Of a DNA stretch of 64,000 nt, positions 43,423 through 52,337 are shown piece after piece. The stretch's first letter is position 1, and every line of letters starts with the position of its first letter. The notes beneath the pieces were generated by a model. That model was not told the origin of the DNA, ran no database searches, and saw only the letters and a program-made list of their open reading frames with translations. Source of the DNA: Eubacteriales bacterium (GTDB taxonomy: Bacteria > Bacillota > Clostridia > Oscillospirales > QAKW01); assembly GCA_045545315.1 (NCBI GenBank), contig JAZQAR010000040.1:8027-72026 (forward strand). The letters are read 5' to 3'. The translations under genes and the position numbers were made by a program.

Positions 43423-43865
43423 TTTAACGTTTGTTTGCTGAGCAGTTGCAATGGCCCGCCTTCTTCCGGCAGATAAAATTTCAGATCCACCACCGCTTCC
43501 ACTGCAAATCCATCGGTTTCGCCGTTAACTACCGTATCCTTGGCCCATTCGTAATTGGGATGGGTTCTGGGGTCCGGCTGGGCTGAAAATTCCGGAAAAC
43601 TATATAGCACATAGCGAGCGGTTACCAAAGTTTCATCCCCATCGGGTTCCTGCCGAAAATCGATCAATTCTGCAAAGGGTGCGCCCTCCTCTGCCTCCAA
43701 AACCGGTGCAGGGACATTTTCAAAATCCGCCATCAGATCCAGCCGATATGCATCGGCAAATTCAAAAAAGCGGAGCCGCTCCTCCCGGGTTATTTTCTGC
43801 CCGGCGGGGGCACAGCCGGAAAAGAACAGCGCACCCGCCAGCAACAAAGCCATCAACCGTTTCAT
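43419..43865 (-). CDS. lipoprotein, function unknown
   Basis: A 148-aa ORF with a signal peptide and lipobox (MKRLMALLLAGALFFSGC). Its start overlaps the stop of the upstream LTA-synthase-family gene. Confidence 0.65.
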   Translation of the reverse strand: MKRLMALLLAGALFFSGCAPAGQKITREERLRFFEFADAYRLDLMADFENVPAPVLEAEEGAPFAELIDFRQEPDGDETLVTARYVLYSFPEFSAQPDPRTHPNYEWAKDTVVNGETDGFAVEAVVDLKFYLPEEGGPLQLLSKQTLK

Positions 43866-45703
43866 GGCTGCTCCTCATACAAAAAGTTGGTGTTCCAATA
43901 ATAAGTCATCTGCCGCAGCAGCTTCAGCCGGTCAGTATATTCCTCCGGCACCTGGCGTACTACGTCCTCGCCGAAGCCGTAGACACCGTTAGAGCTGACC
44001 ACCGGCATTTCGTCCATATATTCGTTCATAAACTGCATAAAGGCGGGACCCTTCCAGCCGCATTGGGCAAAGACCTGGTTCATCAGATAGCAGGTAGAGA
44101 TCTTCTCCCCCTGACCCACAAAATCCTTGCCCAGCGCCTTTTTGGCAGCATCATTGGCCCAGATCAGGTATTCGGTCTCGTAATAATTCTGCAAGCCCTC
44201 GGCGGTGTTCATATCAAAGCTGATGCCCAGCTCCTTATAAACGGAATCCCCGTTGCCCAGCCAGGGATTATGATCCCCAAAGACACAAAGTAGCATGGGC
44301 TCCGGGCTATAGCGGTAATGCTCCACCAGCTCCATCAGTGCCTCGTTACTGTGAGCCACGCTGCCCAGGTAGTTATTGAGAATATATTTTGCCTGCTCGG
44401 TGTAATCCCCGGTCACGTAGGTCTTTTCGTAATTATTACGGAAATCGTCGTAGGGGCCGTGACCCTCATAGGTCACGTTGAAGCTGATATAGGGTTTGGA
44501 CTTGTCCCGCCCGTCAAACAGCTTGATCATCTCGGCATAAAGCTTATCGTCGGTGACCTGCCAGGGCTCGGGGCCCAGGGGCTCGTAATAATTTTCGATA
44601 TAATAATAGTTTTCCAGCCCTAAATAGCGGTTGATATTCAGTCGGTTATAGAACCAATCGTAAGAGGGATGGGAGCCCTCCGCCACGTAGCCCTGCTGCC
44701 GCAGGTAATGGATATAGGAATTGCTGAACCGCTTAAAATCCCCTAACTGATAGGCACCGGTCATCACCGACCGTTCGGAGTTCACCGTGCCGCCGGCAAA
44801 GATGTTGGTAAAGAGCAGACCGGTGTAGCTTTCCTTTTGGAGTTCGTGGTAGCTATCGTACACCGACCAATCGATGCCCGGGGCATCGGTGATGCGGGTC
44901 AGGTCGGTGTTGGCCTCCCGCATAATGAACATCATATTGATCTTTTGATCGGCGGGGATCTCCCCGTCCGTATAGCCCGCCAGCAACTCCTTGACCGTAT
45001 CCTCATCGTAGCCTTCCGGCGGGTTGGGGATCAGGTCGTTTGCGCTTTGTAAAAAGGGATAAACAAAGCCGTGATCCACGTAATAATCGGTGGGTGCCCA
45101 AAGGCCGGTGCCCGGTACGGCGGTCTTTTTATAAAGATCCTGATCCATACACAAAAGCACGGAGCCCACCAGCCCGGCAAGGCTCAAGACCAGCCCGATG
45201 GAGCGCCAGCGGAACTTGAACCGCCCCCGCACCAAAAAGGCCAAAAAGACCGTGCCCGCCGCCACCAGCGCCAGGCTGATCCAAACGATGGGTCGGGGGG
45301 TCATATCATAGTTTTCCGAACCGGCGATGCTCAAGCCTAAAATAACGTTTTCAAAATCTGCAAAGATAAAGGGATCGCCCCGAAAGAGGATCTTATAATA
45401 GTTGCCGTAGGAGGCGGCCAGCCCCAGCACGGCGGTAGCCAAAAAGGCGATCCAGCCCCGGCCGATGGAAAAATAGAGAACCCCCATCAGCGCCGTAAAG
45501 GGTAGCAGGTTCAAAAGCACCATCAGGGGGCGCTTGAAATAGGAACCGAAGGTGACGATGCCCTCGGGGGCGGCGCCCACCAGCAGAACGGTCAGCCCCA
45601 GTCCAAAGGAGGCCAGTAACAGCCAAAGGGCGTTCCACACCCAATAGCCGATCTTCTGCTTGGCGGTCAGGTCTTCGGTTGTTTTTTGAAATAAGAATTT
45701 CAT
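43862..45703 (-). CDS. LTA-synthase-family (sulfatase-like) membrane phosphotransferase
   Basis: A 613-aa ORF with five N-terminal TM helices and an extracytoplasmic sulfatase-fold domain (GGTVNSERSVMTG, FGDHNPW). Confidence 0.75.
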   Translation of the reverse strand: MKFLFQKTTEDLTAKQKIGYWVWNALWLLLASFGLGLTVLLVGAAPEGIVTFGSYFKRPLMVLLNLLPFTALMGVLYFSIGRGWIAFLATAVLGLAASYGNYYKILFRGDPFIFADFENVILGLSIAGSENYDMTPRPIVWISLALVAAGTVFLAFLVRGRFKFRWRSIGLVLSLAGLVGSVLLCMDQDLYKKTAVPGTGLWAPTDYYVDHGFVYPFLQSANDLIPNPPEGYDEDTVKELLAGYTDGEIPADQKINMMFIMREANTDLTRITDAPGIDWSVYDSYHELQKESYTGLLFTNIFAGGTVNSERSVMTGAYQLGDFKRFSNSYIHYLRQQGYVAEGSHPSYDWFYNRLNINRYLGLENYYYIENYYEPLGPEPWQVTDDKLYAEMIKLFDGRDKSKPYISFNVTYEGHGPYDDFRNNYEKTYVTGDYTEQAKYILNNYLGSVAHSNEALMELVEHYRYSPEPMLLCVFGDHNPWLGNGDSVYKELGISFDMNTAEGLQNYYETEYLIWANDAAKKALGKDFVGQGEKISTCYLMNQVFAQCGWKGPAFMQFMNEYMDEMPVVSSNGVYGFGEDVVRQVPEEYTDRLKLLRQMTYYWNTNFLYEEQP

Positions 45704-45715
45704 TTTATGTCCTTT

Positions 45716-46249
45716 TTATTTACAAAATTTTTCGATGTAAAGGTCAATGGCATCGGAGATGACCTTCACAGCCTCCTCCTTGCCCTGGACCTCGTCCACG
45801 GCGGTGGTCTTTTTCTCTAAACTCTTATAGACGGTGAAAAAGTGCCGCATTTCGTCGAAGATATGTTGGGGCAGTTGATCGATATCGGTATACATATTAT
45901 AGTTGGGATCCCCGAAGGGGATAGCGATGATCTTTTCGTCACCCCGGCCGTTATCGATCATTTTGATCACCCCGATGGGGTAGGCCTGCACCAGGGTCAG
46001 GGGTTGCAAAGCCTCGGAGCAAAGCAATAATACGTCCAGGGGATCCTGGTCGTCCCCCAGGGTACGGGGGATAAAACCATAGTTTGCCGGATAATGGGTA
46101 GAGGTATGGAGAATCCGATCCAGCATAATAAAGCCGGTCTCCTTATCCAGTTCATATTTATTTTTGCTTCCCTTGGCGATCTCCACCACGCAGATAAAAT
46201 CCTCGGGGTTGATGCGCTTGGGGGAAATATCGTGCCATGCGTTAGCCAT
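45716..46249 (-). CDS. ppa: inorganic pyrophosphatase, family I
   Basis: A 177-aa ORF with EIAKGSKNKYELDKETG, YPANYGFIP, DQDPLDVLLL and DEKIIA. Confidence 0.93.
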   Translation of the reverse strand: MANAWHDISPKRINPEDFICVVEIAKGSKNKYELDKETGFIMLDRILHTSTHYPANYGFIPRTLGDDQDPLDVLLLCSEALQPLTLVQAYPIGVIKMIDNGRGDEKIIAIPFGDPNYNMYTDIDQLPQHIFDEMRHFFTVYKSLEKKTTAVDEVQGKEEAVKVISDAIDLYIEKFCK

Positions 46250-46261
46250 TCTTTTTCTCCT

Positions 46262-47293
46262 TTAGAAACATTTTTTCTTTCTTGATTTTTTACAATTTTC
46301 GATATTGCCGCAATGATAACAAAGCTCATTGGAGCAATCTTCCCGTTCAAAATAGCCCAAAATATTCCCCACCGTGGTCTCGGCGATATTGTTCAGGGCC
46401 TCGGTTGTTAAAAAGGCCTGATGGGAAGTCAAGATTACGTTGGGCATAGAGATCAGCCGGGCCAGAATATCATCATCCACGATATGGCCGGAATAATCTT
46501 CAAAAAATACGTCCGATTCCTCTTCGTAAACGTCCAGGCAGGCGGCGCCCACCTTGCGGCTCTTGATGCCATCCAGCAACGCTTCTGCATCGATCAGCGC
46601 CCCCCGGGAGGTATTGATCAGCACCACGCCTTTTTTCATCCGCTCAATGGCGGCGGCATCGATCATATGGCGGGTTTCAGCCGTTAGAGGGCAATGCAAC
46701 GAAATGATATCACTTTGCTCAAATAACTCCGCCAATTCCACATATTGGATCCCGCTATCGGCGGCAGGGAATTTATCATAAGCCAACACCTTCATCCCAA
46801 AGCCCCGGCAGATATTGATGAATACCCGCCCGATCTTTCCGGTGCCCACCACCCCCACTGTCTTGCCGTGGAGATCGAAGCCGGTGAGCCCCTGGAGGCT
46901 GAAGTTGAAATCCTTGGTGCGGATATAGGCCTTGTGGATCCGGCGGATGGAGGTCAGAAGCAGGGCCATGGCGTGCGCCGCCACCGCATAGGGGGAATAG
47001 GCGGGCACGTGAAACACGTGGATCTTGCCGAAGGCGGCCTTCATATCCACGTTGTTATAGCCGGCGCACCGCAGGGCGATCATCCGCACCCCCAGCTCAT
47101 ACAGCCGGTCGATCACCGCCTTATCGGCAGTATCGTTCACAAAGATACAAACGCATTCACAGCCGGCGGCCAATTCGGCCGTATCCAGATTCAGCTTGGT
47201 CTCAAAATATTTAAACTGAAGACCATTCTGCCCCTCATAGGGAGCAAAGGACTCCCGGTCGTAGGTTTTGGTGTCAAAAAAAGCAATTTTCAT
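46262..47293 (-). CDS. ldhA: D-isomer-specific 2-hydroxyacid (D-lactate) dehydrogenase with a Cys-rich C-terminal tail
   Basis: A 343-aa ORF with VGVVGTGKIGRV (NAD fold), the NTSRG motif and LTSHQAFLT. It carries an extra tail, CSNELCYHCGNIENCKKSRKKKCF. Confidence 0.85.
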   Translation of the reverse strand: MKIAFFDTKTYDRESFAPYEGQNGLQFKYFETKLNLDTAELAAGCECVCIFVNDTADKAVIDRLYELGVRMIALRCAGYNNVDMKAAFGKIHVFHVPAYSPYAVAAHAMALLLTSIRRIHKAYIRTKDFNFSLQGLTGFDLHGKTVGVVGTGKIGRVFINICRGFGMKVLAYDKFPAADSGIQYVELAELFEQSDIISLHCPLTAETRHMIDAAAIERMKKGVVLINTSRGALIDAEALLDGIKSRKVGAACLDVYEEESDVFFEDYSGHIVDDDILARLISMPNVILTSHQAFLTTEALNNIAETTVGNILGYFEREDCSNELCYHCGNIENCKKSRKKKCF

Positions 47294-47371
47294 CAGGTCT
47301 CATTCCTTTCTGCTTATAATTTAAACGAAACCTCTTTTTTTATCATACCAATTTTTACCGGATTTGTAAAG

Positions 47372-47400
47372 AAAAAAAGCCACTCAACGAGTGGCTTTTT
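47372..47400. terminator. bidirectional terminator
   Basis: aaaaaaagccactc-aac-gagtggcttttt. Confidence 0.8.
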
Positions 47401-47404
47401 GAAA

Positions 47405-47479
47405 TTATTTGTTGATATATTCCGGATACCGTTTGTAATTTTCACCCCGGGGCTTAAAATCAGGATGGGGCAGCTTCAT
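47405..47479 (-). CDS. candidate 24-aa small ORF
   Basis: Absent from the track. It reads ATG(47479)..TAA(47405) = MKLPHPDFKPRGENYKRYPEYINK. It begins 10 nt after the transporter stop and ends 4 nt before the terminator. The SD (aagaga) is weak. Confidence 0.2.
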   Translation of the reverse strand: MKLPHPDFKPRGENYKRYPEYINK

Positions 47480-47488
47480 AAAAGTCTC

Positions 47489-48334
47489 TTAAAAAAACAA
47501 AAACAGAATTCCGATAAAGGATAAGGCCAAGGCCGCCCATTCCCGAGCCTTTGGCTTTTTGGGGGTACAATAGCTTAAGAGGGTGGAAACCACCATCACT
47601 CCGCCGGTGATCATCGGATACTGGGTGGAGGCGGGCAGATGCACCAATGCCAAAAGCAGAAGATAATTCGCAAAGCGGTTCAGAATTCCATTACCCGCCA
47701 CCCAGATGGCCCCCTTCAAGGAGAGGCGCAGATCCGGTTTTTTCAAGCAAAGCAACACCCCGCCGGCCAAAGCCACCGTGATCAATGCACTCCAGATGGA
47801 ATAATCGGCGGCGGATGCCTTGGCAAAGGGGGCATCCTGAAAAACCTTGGAAAGCACCCCGCTCATCCCGTTGAAGATAAAAATGCCCGCATAATAAAGG
47901 CCGCCGCCCTTGCTGCTCCCCTTTTCCAGTGTAAGAAGCAAAGACGCCATCACCAACACCATACAAATGCCCTTCCCCCAGGTGAGCGACTCACCGTAAA
48001 AAAGGATCCCCACCACAAAGGGCAACGCCATTCCCCCCAGCATCGAAAAAAGGGAATAAAGGGAAAGATTGATCTTACCCAGAGCCTTCAATCCGCAAAG
48101 GCTGAACAGCATTCCGCTCACCGCATTGGCAAAGGCCATCCAAAAGGTGAAGGAGGTACAATGCAATTGAAAACCGTTGATGAGCCAAAGGATCAGTAGC
48201 CCCGCCAGGCCACCGCCTAAAATAAAGAGCATGGAGGCCGCAAGTCCGCTCCCCTTTTCCTGCTGATATTTTTCGTTACAGAAAAATTGAAGGCCAAACA
48301 AAACCACCGCAACCAAAACCATTCCGTAATACAA
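47489..48334 (-). CDS. DMT-superfamily (EamA-like) membrane transporter
   Basis: A 281-aa ORF with about ten hydrophobic helices in two similar halves. No sharper motif was recognised. Confidence 0.45.
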   Translation of the reverse strand: MYYGMVLVAVVLFGLQFFCNEKYQQEKGSGLAASMLFILGGGLAGLLILWLINGFQLHCTSFTFWMAFANAVSGMLFSLCGLKALGKINLSLYSLFSMLGGMALPFVVGILFYGESLTWGKGICMVLVMASLLLTLEKGSSKGGGLYYAGIFIFNGMSGVLSKVFQDAPFAKASAADYSIWSALITVALAGGVLLCLKKPDLRLSLKGAIWVAGNGILNRFANYLLLLALVHLPASTQYPMITGGVMVVSTLLSYCTPKKPKAREWAALALSFIGILFLFF

Positions 48335-48511
48335 AGTGAGTCAACTCCTTTGCCTGTATTATATAAGGTTCAAGGATGTAAATGAATAGAAAAAATCCAT
48401 TAAAACATAGAAAAAGGTTGCATCTTTAATCAAAATCTGTTATTTTAGCAGTATGAAAGAGAACGTTTGCAAATTTATCGCACCAATGATAAAAAACAAG
48501 GAGGCAACCAA

Positions 48512-49525
48512 ATGAAATTAACCTTTGACCAGATAAAAGCCATCACTGCCGGAGCGGCTTATTTTCAGGAAGAAAACGGCCTGCTGGCACCCAAGCGATT
48601 CACCCCGGAGCAGGAGGAACTATATCAGAACACCAGCAAGAGTTTTTATATGAGAGCACAAGGCGCCGCCGGGATCCGGCTTTGGTTCAAAACCGATAGC
48701 AGCCGCCTCTTTTTGAAATTTACCACCGAGCCCGGCTCCTCCCGAAAATACTTTTCCGTGGACGTTTTTGCGAACGGAAAAAGAGTAGACTGTATCGACA
48801 ATTATGCCGGAACGGAATTGCCCCAAGACTATACCAAGATCGACGTTCCCCTTGGAAGTTTTGAAAAAACGGTGGAATTAGGCGACGGAGAAAAAACCGT
48901 TTGCATTTATCTGCCCTGGTCGGTCAAATTAATGATCGAAGAACTTTCTTTAGACGACGGTGCCTTTCTGGAGCCCTTCAAGCCCAAAAAGAAATTGCTG
49001 ATCTTCGGGGATTCCATCACCCAGGGCTACGATGCTCTGCGCCCCTCCAATCGCTACGCCGCCCGCCTGGCCGATCTGATGGGTGCGGAGGAATATAATA
49101 AGGGCATCGGCGGCGAGAAATTTTTCCCGCCTCTGGCCGAATTGAAAGAATCCTTCACTCCCGATTACGTAACGGTAGCCTACGGCACAAACGATTGGAA
49201 TTCCAGGGACGAAGAGACCTTCCAAAAAAACTGCAAGGCCTTTTACACCGCCCTTTCCGAACATTATCCCACCGCCAAAATTTTCGCCATTACCCCCATC
49301 TGGCGCAAGGATCACGAAAAAGAAACTGACCTCGGCCCCTTTGAACGGGTGGAAGAATACATCCGGGAGGCGGTCAAGGGGCTTGCCAACGTGACCCTGA
49401 TCCCCGGCTTCGACCTGGTGCCCGGGGACGAGCACTACTTTGCCGACCTGAGGGTGCACCCCAACGACGAGGGCTTTGCCTTCCAGACAGAAAATCTTTA
49501 CAAGGCCATCCGGGAATATCTGTAA
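48512..49525 (+). CDS. SGNH/GDSL-family hydrolase
   Basis: The ATG at 48512 follows aaggaggc. Block I is LIFGDSITQG, block III is YGTNDW, and the C-terminal region carries DLRVHPND (DxxH). Confidence 0.8.
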   Translation: MKLTFDQIKAITAGAAYFQEENGLLAPKRFTPEQEELYQNTSKSFYMRAQGAAGIRLWFKTDSSRLFLKFTTEPGSSRKYFSVDVFANGKRVDCIDNYAGTELPQDYTKIDVPLGSFEKTVELGDGEKTVCIYLPWSVKLMIEELSLDDGAFLEPFKPKKKLLIFGDSITQGYDALRPSNRYAARLADLMGAEEYNKGIGGEKFFPPLAELKESFTPDYVTVAYGTNDWNSRDEETFQKNCKAFYTALSEHYPTAKIFAITPIWRKDHEKETDLGPFERVEEYIREAVKGLANVTLIPGFDLVPGDEHYFADLRVHPNDEGFAFQTENLYKAIREYL

Positions 49526-49531
49526 AATAAA

Positions 49532-49575
49532 AATAAGGAACCGAAGGGTCGCCCTTTCGGTTCCTTATTTTTTAT
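49532..49575. terminator. bidirectional terminator
   Basis: aataaggaaccgaaggg-tcg-ccctttcggttccttatt (one bulge) followed by ttttt. Confidence 0.8.
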
Positions 49576-50660
49576 TCAATTGAATTCAACTCCACCTTGC
49601 CGATGCCGATGCGGCAGAGGTTGTTTTTATCGTTGGCAAAGTCGCCCCGACAGTAGCCTAAAAGGATACAGCCGTCCCTGGTTTCGAACATGGCGGGGTA
49701 ACTATAGCCCCGCAGGGGATCCTCTTCAATATTCTGTAGGGGGCCGAAGGTCTTGCCACCGTCGGTGCTTTTACGCAAAGTTAAAGGGGTTCTGCCGTAG
49801 ACCCCGGGCATGGTCTCCTTCTCCCGCCCGTTATAGCAGGGAATGGGATTATACACCGCATAGACCGCATCCCCGATCCACTTCATCTGCATGGGAGAGG
49901 AGGGAGAGGTAAAGATGCTGGGCTGGGGTGTTTCAAAATTTTCCAGCCCCTTTTCCGACCAGCTTTCAAACTGGCAGCCGGCCTGGGTGCGCATCCAAAG
50001 ATAGAATTGCTCCCCCAATTGAATGATCCCCGGCTCCATCAAGCCGTGTTTGCAGATCCGATATTGGGTGGAAAACTCAAAGGGCGCTTTACAAAAATTG
50101 GCGCCGTCATCCTCGGAGATCAATAGGGTTGTGACCAATGACCCAAAGGTCTTATCATCCGGAACCGTATCTTTATCCACATACGCGGCGGGTGCCAGGA
50201 TCCGCCCGTCCTCCATCCGCACCAGGCGGTCGTTGTTCACCACGTAATAAGCGGGCGGGAAGTTGGCACCGCAACGCTCTGCCTTCCATTCCACCCCATC
50301 CTTGGAAAGGGCACGTCCCAAGGTGGTCGAACAATCCTTTTCTTTGATCAGAAAATAAAAGGCCAGGTCGCCGTTTTGCTGCTCCAGGGCAGAAACACTC
50401 ATAATATTCATCACCCCAAAGCAGGCGGCAGAAGCGATCATCCGGGGCTCGCTCCAGCTTTCTCCCTCGTCGTAGGAGGTGATCATATAAATATCGCAGG
50501 GCGCGTGATCGGAATGGCTCTTGCCCGCAAAGGCGATATCGGTGTGATATCGGCTATAAGCGAAAAAGATCTCCCCCTGCTTGCCCCGCAAAAAGGCGCC
50601 TTCGCTGTTGCGGGGGTTGGTTTCCGTTGGGGGTAATTGATGGATCAGACGGTAGTTCAT
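49572..50660 (-). CDS. cytoplasmic BNR/Asp-box repeat protein of the sialidase superfamily
   Basis: A 362-aa ORF with no signal peptide. Asp-boxes are SYDEGESWS, SEDDGANF and STDGGKTFG. The N-terminus contains NPRNSEGAF. Confidence 0.7.
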   Translation of the reverse strand: MNYRLIHQLPPTETNPRNSEGAFLRGKQGEIFFAYSRYHTDIAFAGKSHSDHAPCDIYMITSYDEGESWSEPRMIASAACFGVMNIMSVSALEQQNGDLAFYFLIKEKDCSTTLGRALSKDGVEWKAERCGANFPPAYYVVNNDRLVRMEDGRILAPAAYVDKDTVPDDKTFGSLVTTLLISEDDGANFCKAPFEFSTQYRICKHGLMEPGIIQLGEQFYLWMRTQAGCQFESWSEKGLENFETPQPSIFTSPSSPMQMKWIGDAVYAVYNPIPCYNGREKETMPGVYGRTPLTLRKSTDGGKTFGPLQNIEEDPLRGYSYPAMFETRDGCILLGYCRGDFANDKNNLCRIGIGKVELNSIE

Positions 50661-51364
50661 ACAGTAGTTTCCTCCATTGCTTTTTTAATATCAAAATAGG
50701 TGCGGGTCCAGATCACTGCTGCCTCCGTCACCCGAAACAGGTTGTAGGCAGAAATCACAACATAGTTAAAATTAGAAGGATTGCGAATGGCCAGCAATAC
50801 CCAAACCACCAGATGAATGGTGCAAGAAACTATATTGAAAAATTGGCTGTCAATATACCGCTTGGCGGCCATCAGTGAAATAGCAATGCCCATTCCAAAC
50901 CCAAAAGCATCCACTGCCGGATAGGTGGCACCGGCAAATAGAGGCGCCAGCCCAAAATAGCAAATTCCCCAAGAGATCAGGATCGCTAAAATGATCAATA
51001 GCCTGCTTTTATGCCCAAGAAACCGAAGTTCCGGCCGGCTCTTTTGAGAATGACGCCCCCAACTAAAATAAGAATAGATCTGAATAGGGGCGGAAATACA
51101 GAGGGCGCTGATCAACGAAAAATAAAGTCCTTCGCTCAAATAGGAAATCCCGTAGAGCACAGCATTGCAGCCCCCCAACAAAAAACTCCGGCGGTCTGCA
51201 TGGGCGTTTAAGATCTGCACAACCAGGGTAATCAGCGTGGGCAAGGTTTTAAAAAAGGTCTGTTGCCGCCAGATAGCAACGATGATGATCATCAGTCCGG
51301 TCAGTAAGGCCGGCAACTGATCCAGCCAGCGTATTCTTTTTTTCACCGTCAATCCCCCCGTCAA
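50657..51364 (-). CDS. PnuC-like (nicotinamide riboside transporter family) membrane protein
   Basis: A 235-aa ORF with about seven TM helices. The layout and segments such as IQIYSYFSWGRH and DSQFFNIVSCTIHLVVWVLL resemble PnuC-family proteins; this was judged by eye only. It overlaps the BNR gene start by 4 nt. Confidence 0.4.
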   Translation of the reverse strand: MTGGLTVKKRIRWLDQLPALLTGLMIIIVAIWRQQTFFKTLPTLITLVVQILNAHADRRSFLLGGCNAVLYGISYLSEGLYFSLISALCISAPIQIYSYFSWGRHSQKSRPELRFLGHKSRLLIILAILISWGICYFGLAPLFAGATYPAVDAFGFGMGIAISLMAAKRYIDSQFFNIVSCTIHLVVWVLLAIRNPSNFNYVVISAYNLFRVTEAAVIWTRTYFDIKKAMEETTV

Positions 51365-51431
51365 AGAATGTCTATATTTTAAAGCCGGTGTTCACAAAAA
51401 ACAATAGTCTATAGGGACGTTTTTTGAAAAA

Positions 51432-52334
51432 ATGTCGCTTTTTTATAAAAGATATGTTAAAATGAAAGCTATGAAAGAATATATCATCCAAACTGAATTA
51501 TCCGACCTGAAGATCTCGGTGTTTTTGCTGAAGGAGGGGTTCCACCTTTGGGAGCGGAAAGAATATAAAGATCCCGTGGAAAAGGCCTTTGCTCTGCATC
51601 ACCACTCCACCTACGAGATCTTTTTTGCCATGGGCTCCATCGACCTGATGACGGCGGATACGCCCCACCATTACGAAAGCACTATTTTGGTGGTGCCGCC
51701 CAACTATGCCCACTATTCGGCCTCCTTCCATAACTGCTATGGGATCAATTTCACCTTCGAACCCCTCTCCCCCAAAAAGCAAGAGGTGTATATCGCGCTG
51801 AAAAAGGCGCTGACGCACGGCATTGTGGCCCTGCCTATGGAAGAAACGGAGCGTTTTTATTTCGGGCAACTGGTTAAAGCCATGGCGGGCGAACTGCCCC
51901 GGGAACAGGCTTCCCACCTGCTCCCCCTGCTGTTTTCTCAATTTTTCTCCCGGCTGATCCCCCGGGCCCGGGGCGAGATCAACGAAAGCAAGCGCCACCG
52001 CTACATCAATTTGATCGATAGCTACGTTGCCAACGCCTTCGCCGGACACCCCACCCTTGCGGATCTGGCAGAGCACCTGCACCTCTGCCCCCGGCAGGTC
52101 AGCCGGATCCTGCAAAAGGAATACGGCTGTTCCTTTTCCCAATTAGTACATAAGCAACGGCTGGATACCGCCTGCTATCTGCTGAAGCAGACCGCCCTGC
52201 CCATCGGCGAGATCGCCGCCAACGTGGGTTATGAATTTGAAAATTACTTTTTTACCCGCTTTAAAAAGGAATACGGCGTCACTCCAACGGAATACCGAAA
52301 AAAGAATGACGCCGCACACCTACAAAAGTTATGA
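51432..52334 (+). CDS. AraC-family transcriptional regulator (1 of 4)
   Basis: It has a cupin-like N-terminal domain and a C-terminal double HTH (LADLAEHLHLCPRQVSRILQKEYG...IGEIAANVGYEFENYFFTRFKKEYGVTPTEYR). The start codon is ambiguous (M1, M11 or M14). Confidence 0.88.
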   Translation: MSLFYKRYVKMKAMKEYIIQTELSDLKISVFLLKEGFHLWERKEYKDPVEKAFALHHHSTYEIFFAMGSIDLMTADTPHHYESTILVVPPNYAHYSASFHNCYGINFTFEPLSPKKQEVYIALKKALTHGIVALPMEETERFYFGQLVKAMAGELPREQASHLLPLLFSQFFSRLIPRARGEINESKRHRYINLIDSYVANAFAGHPTLADLAEHLHLCPRQVSRILQKEYGCSFSQLVHKQRLDTACYLLKQTALPIGEIAANVGYEFENYFFTRFKKEYGVTPTEYRKKNDAAHLQKL

Positions 52335-52337
52335 GTT

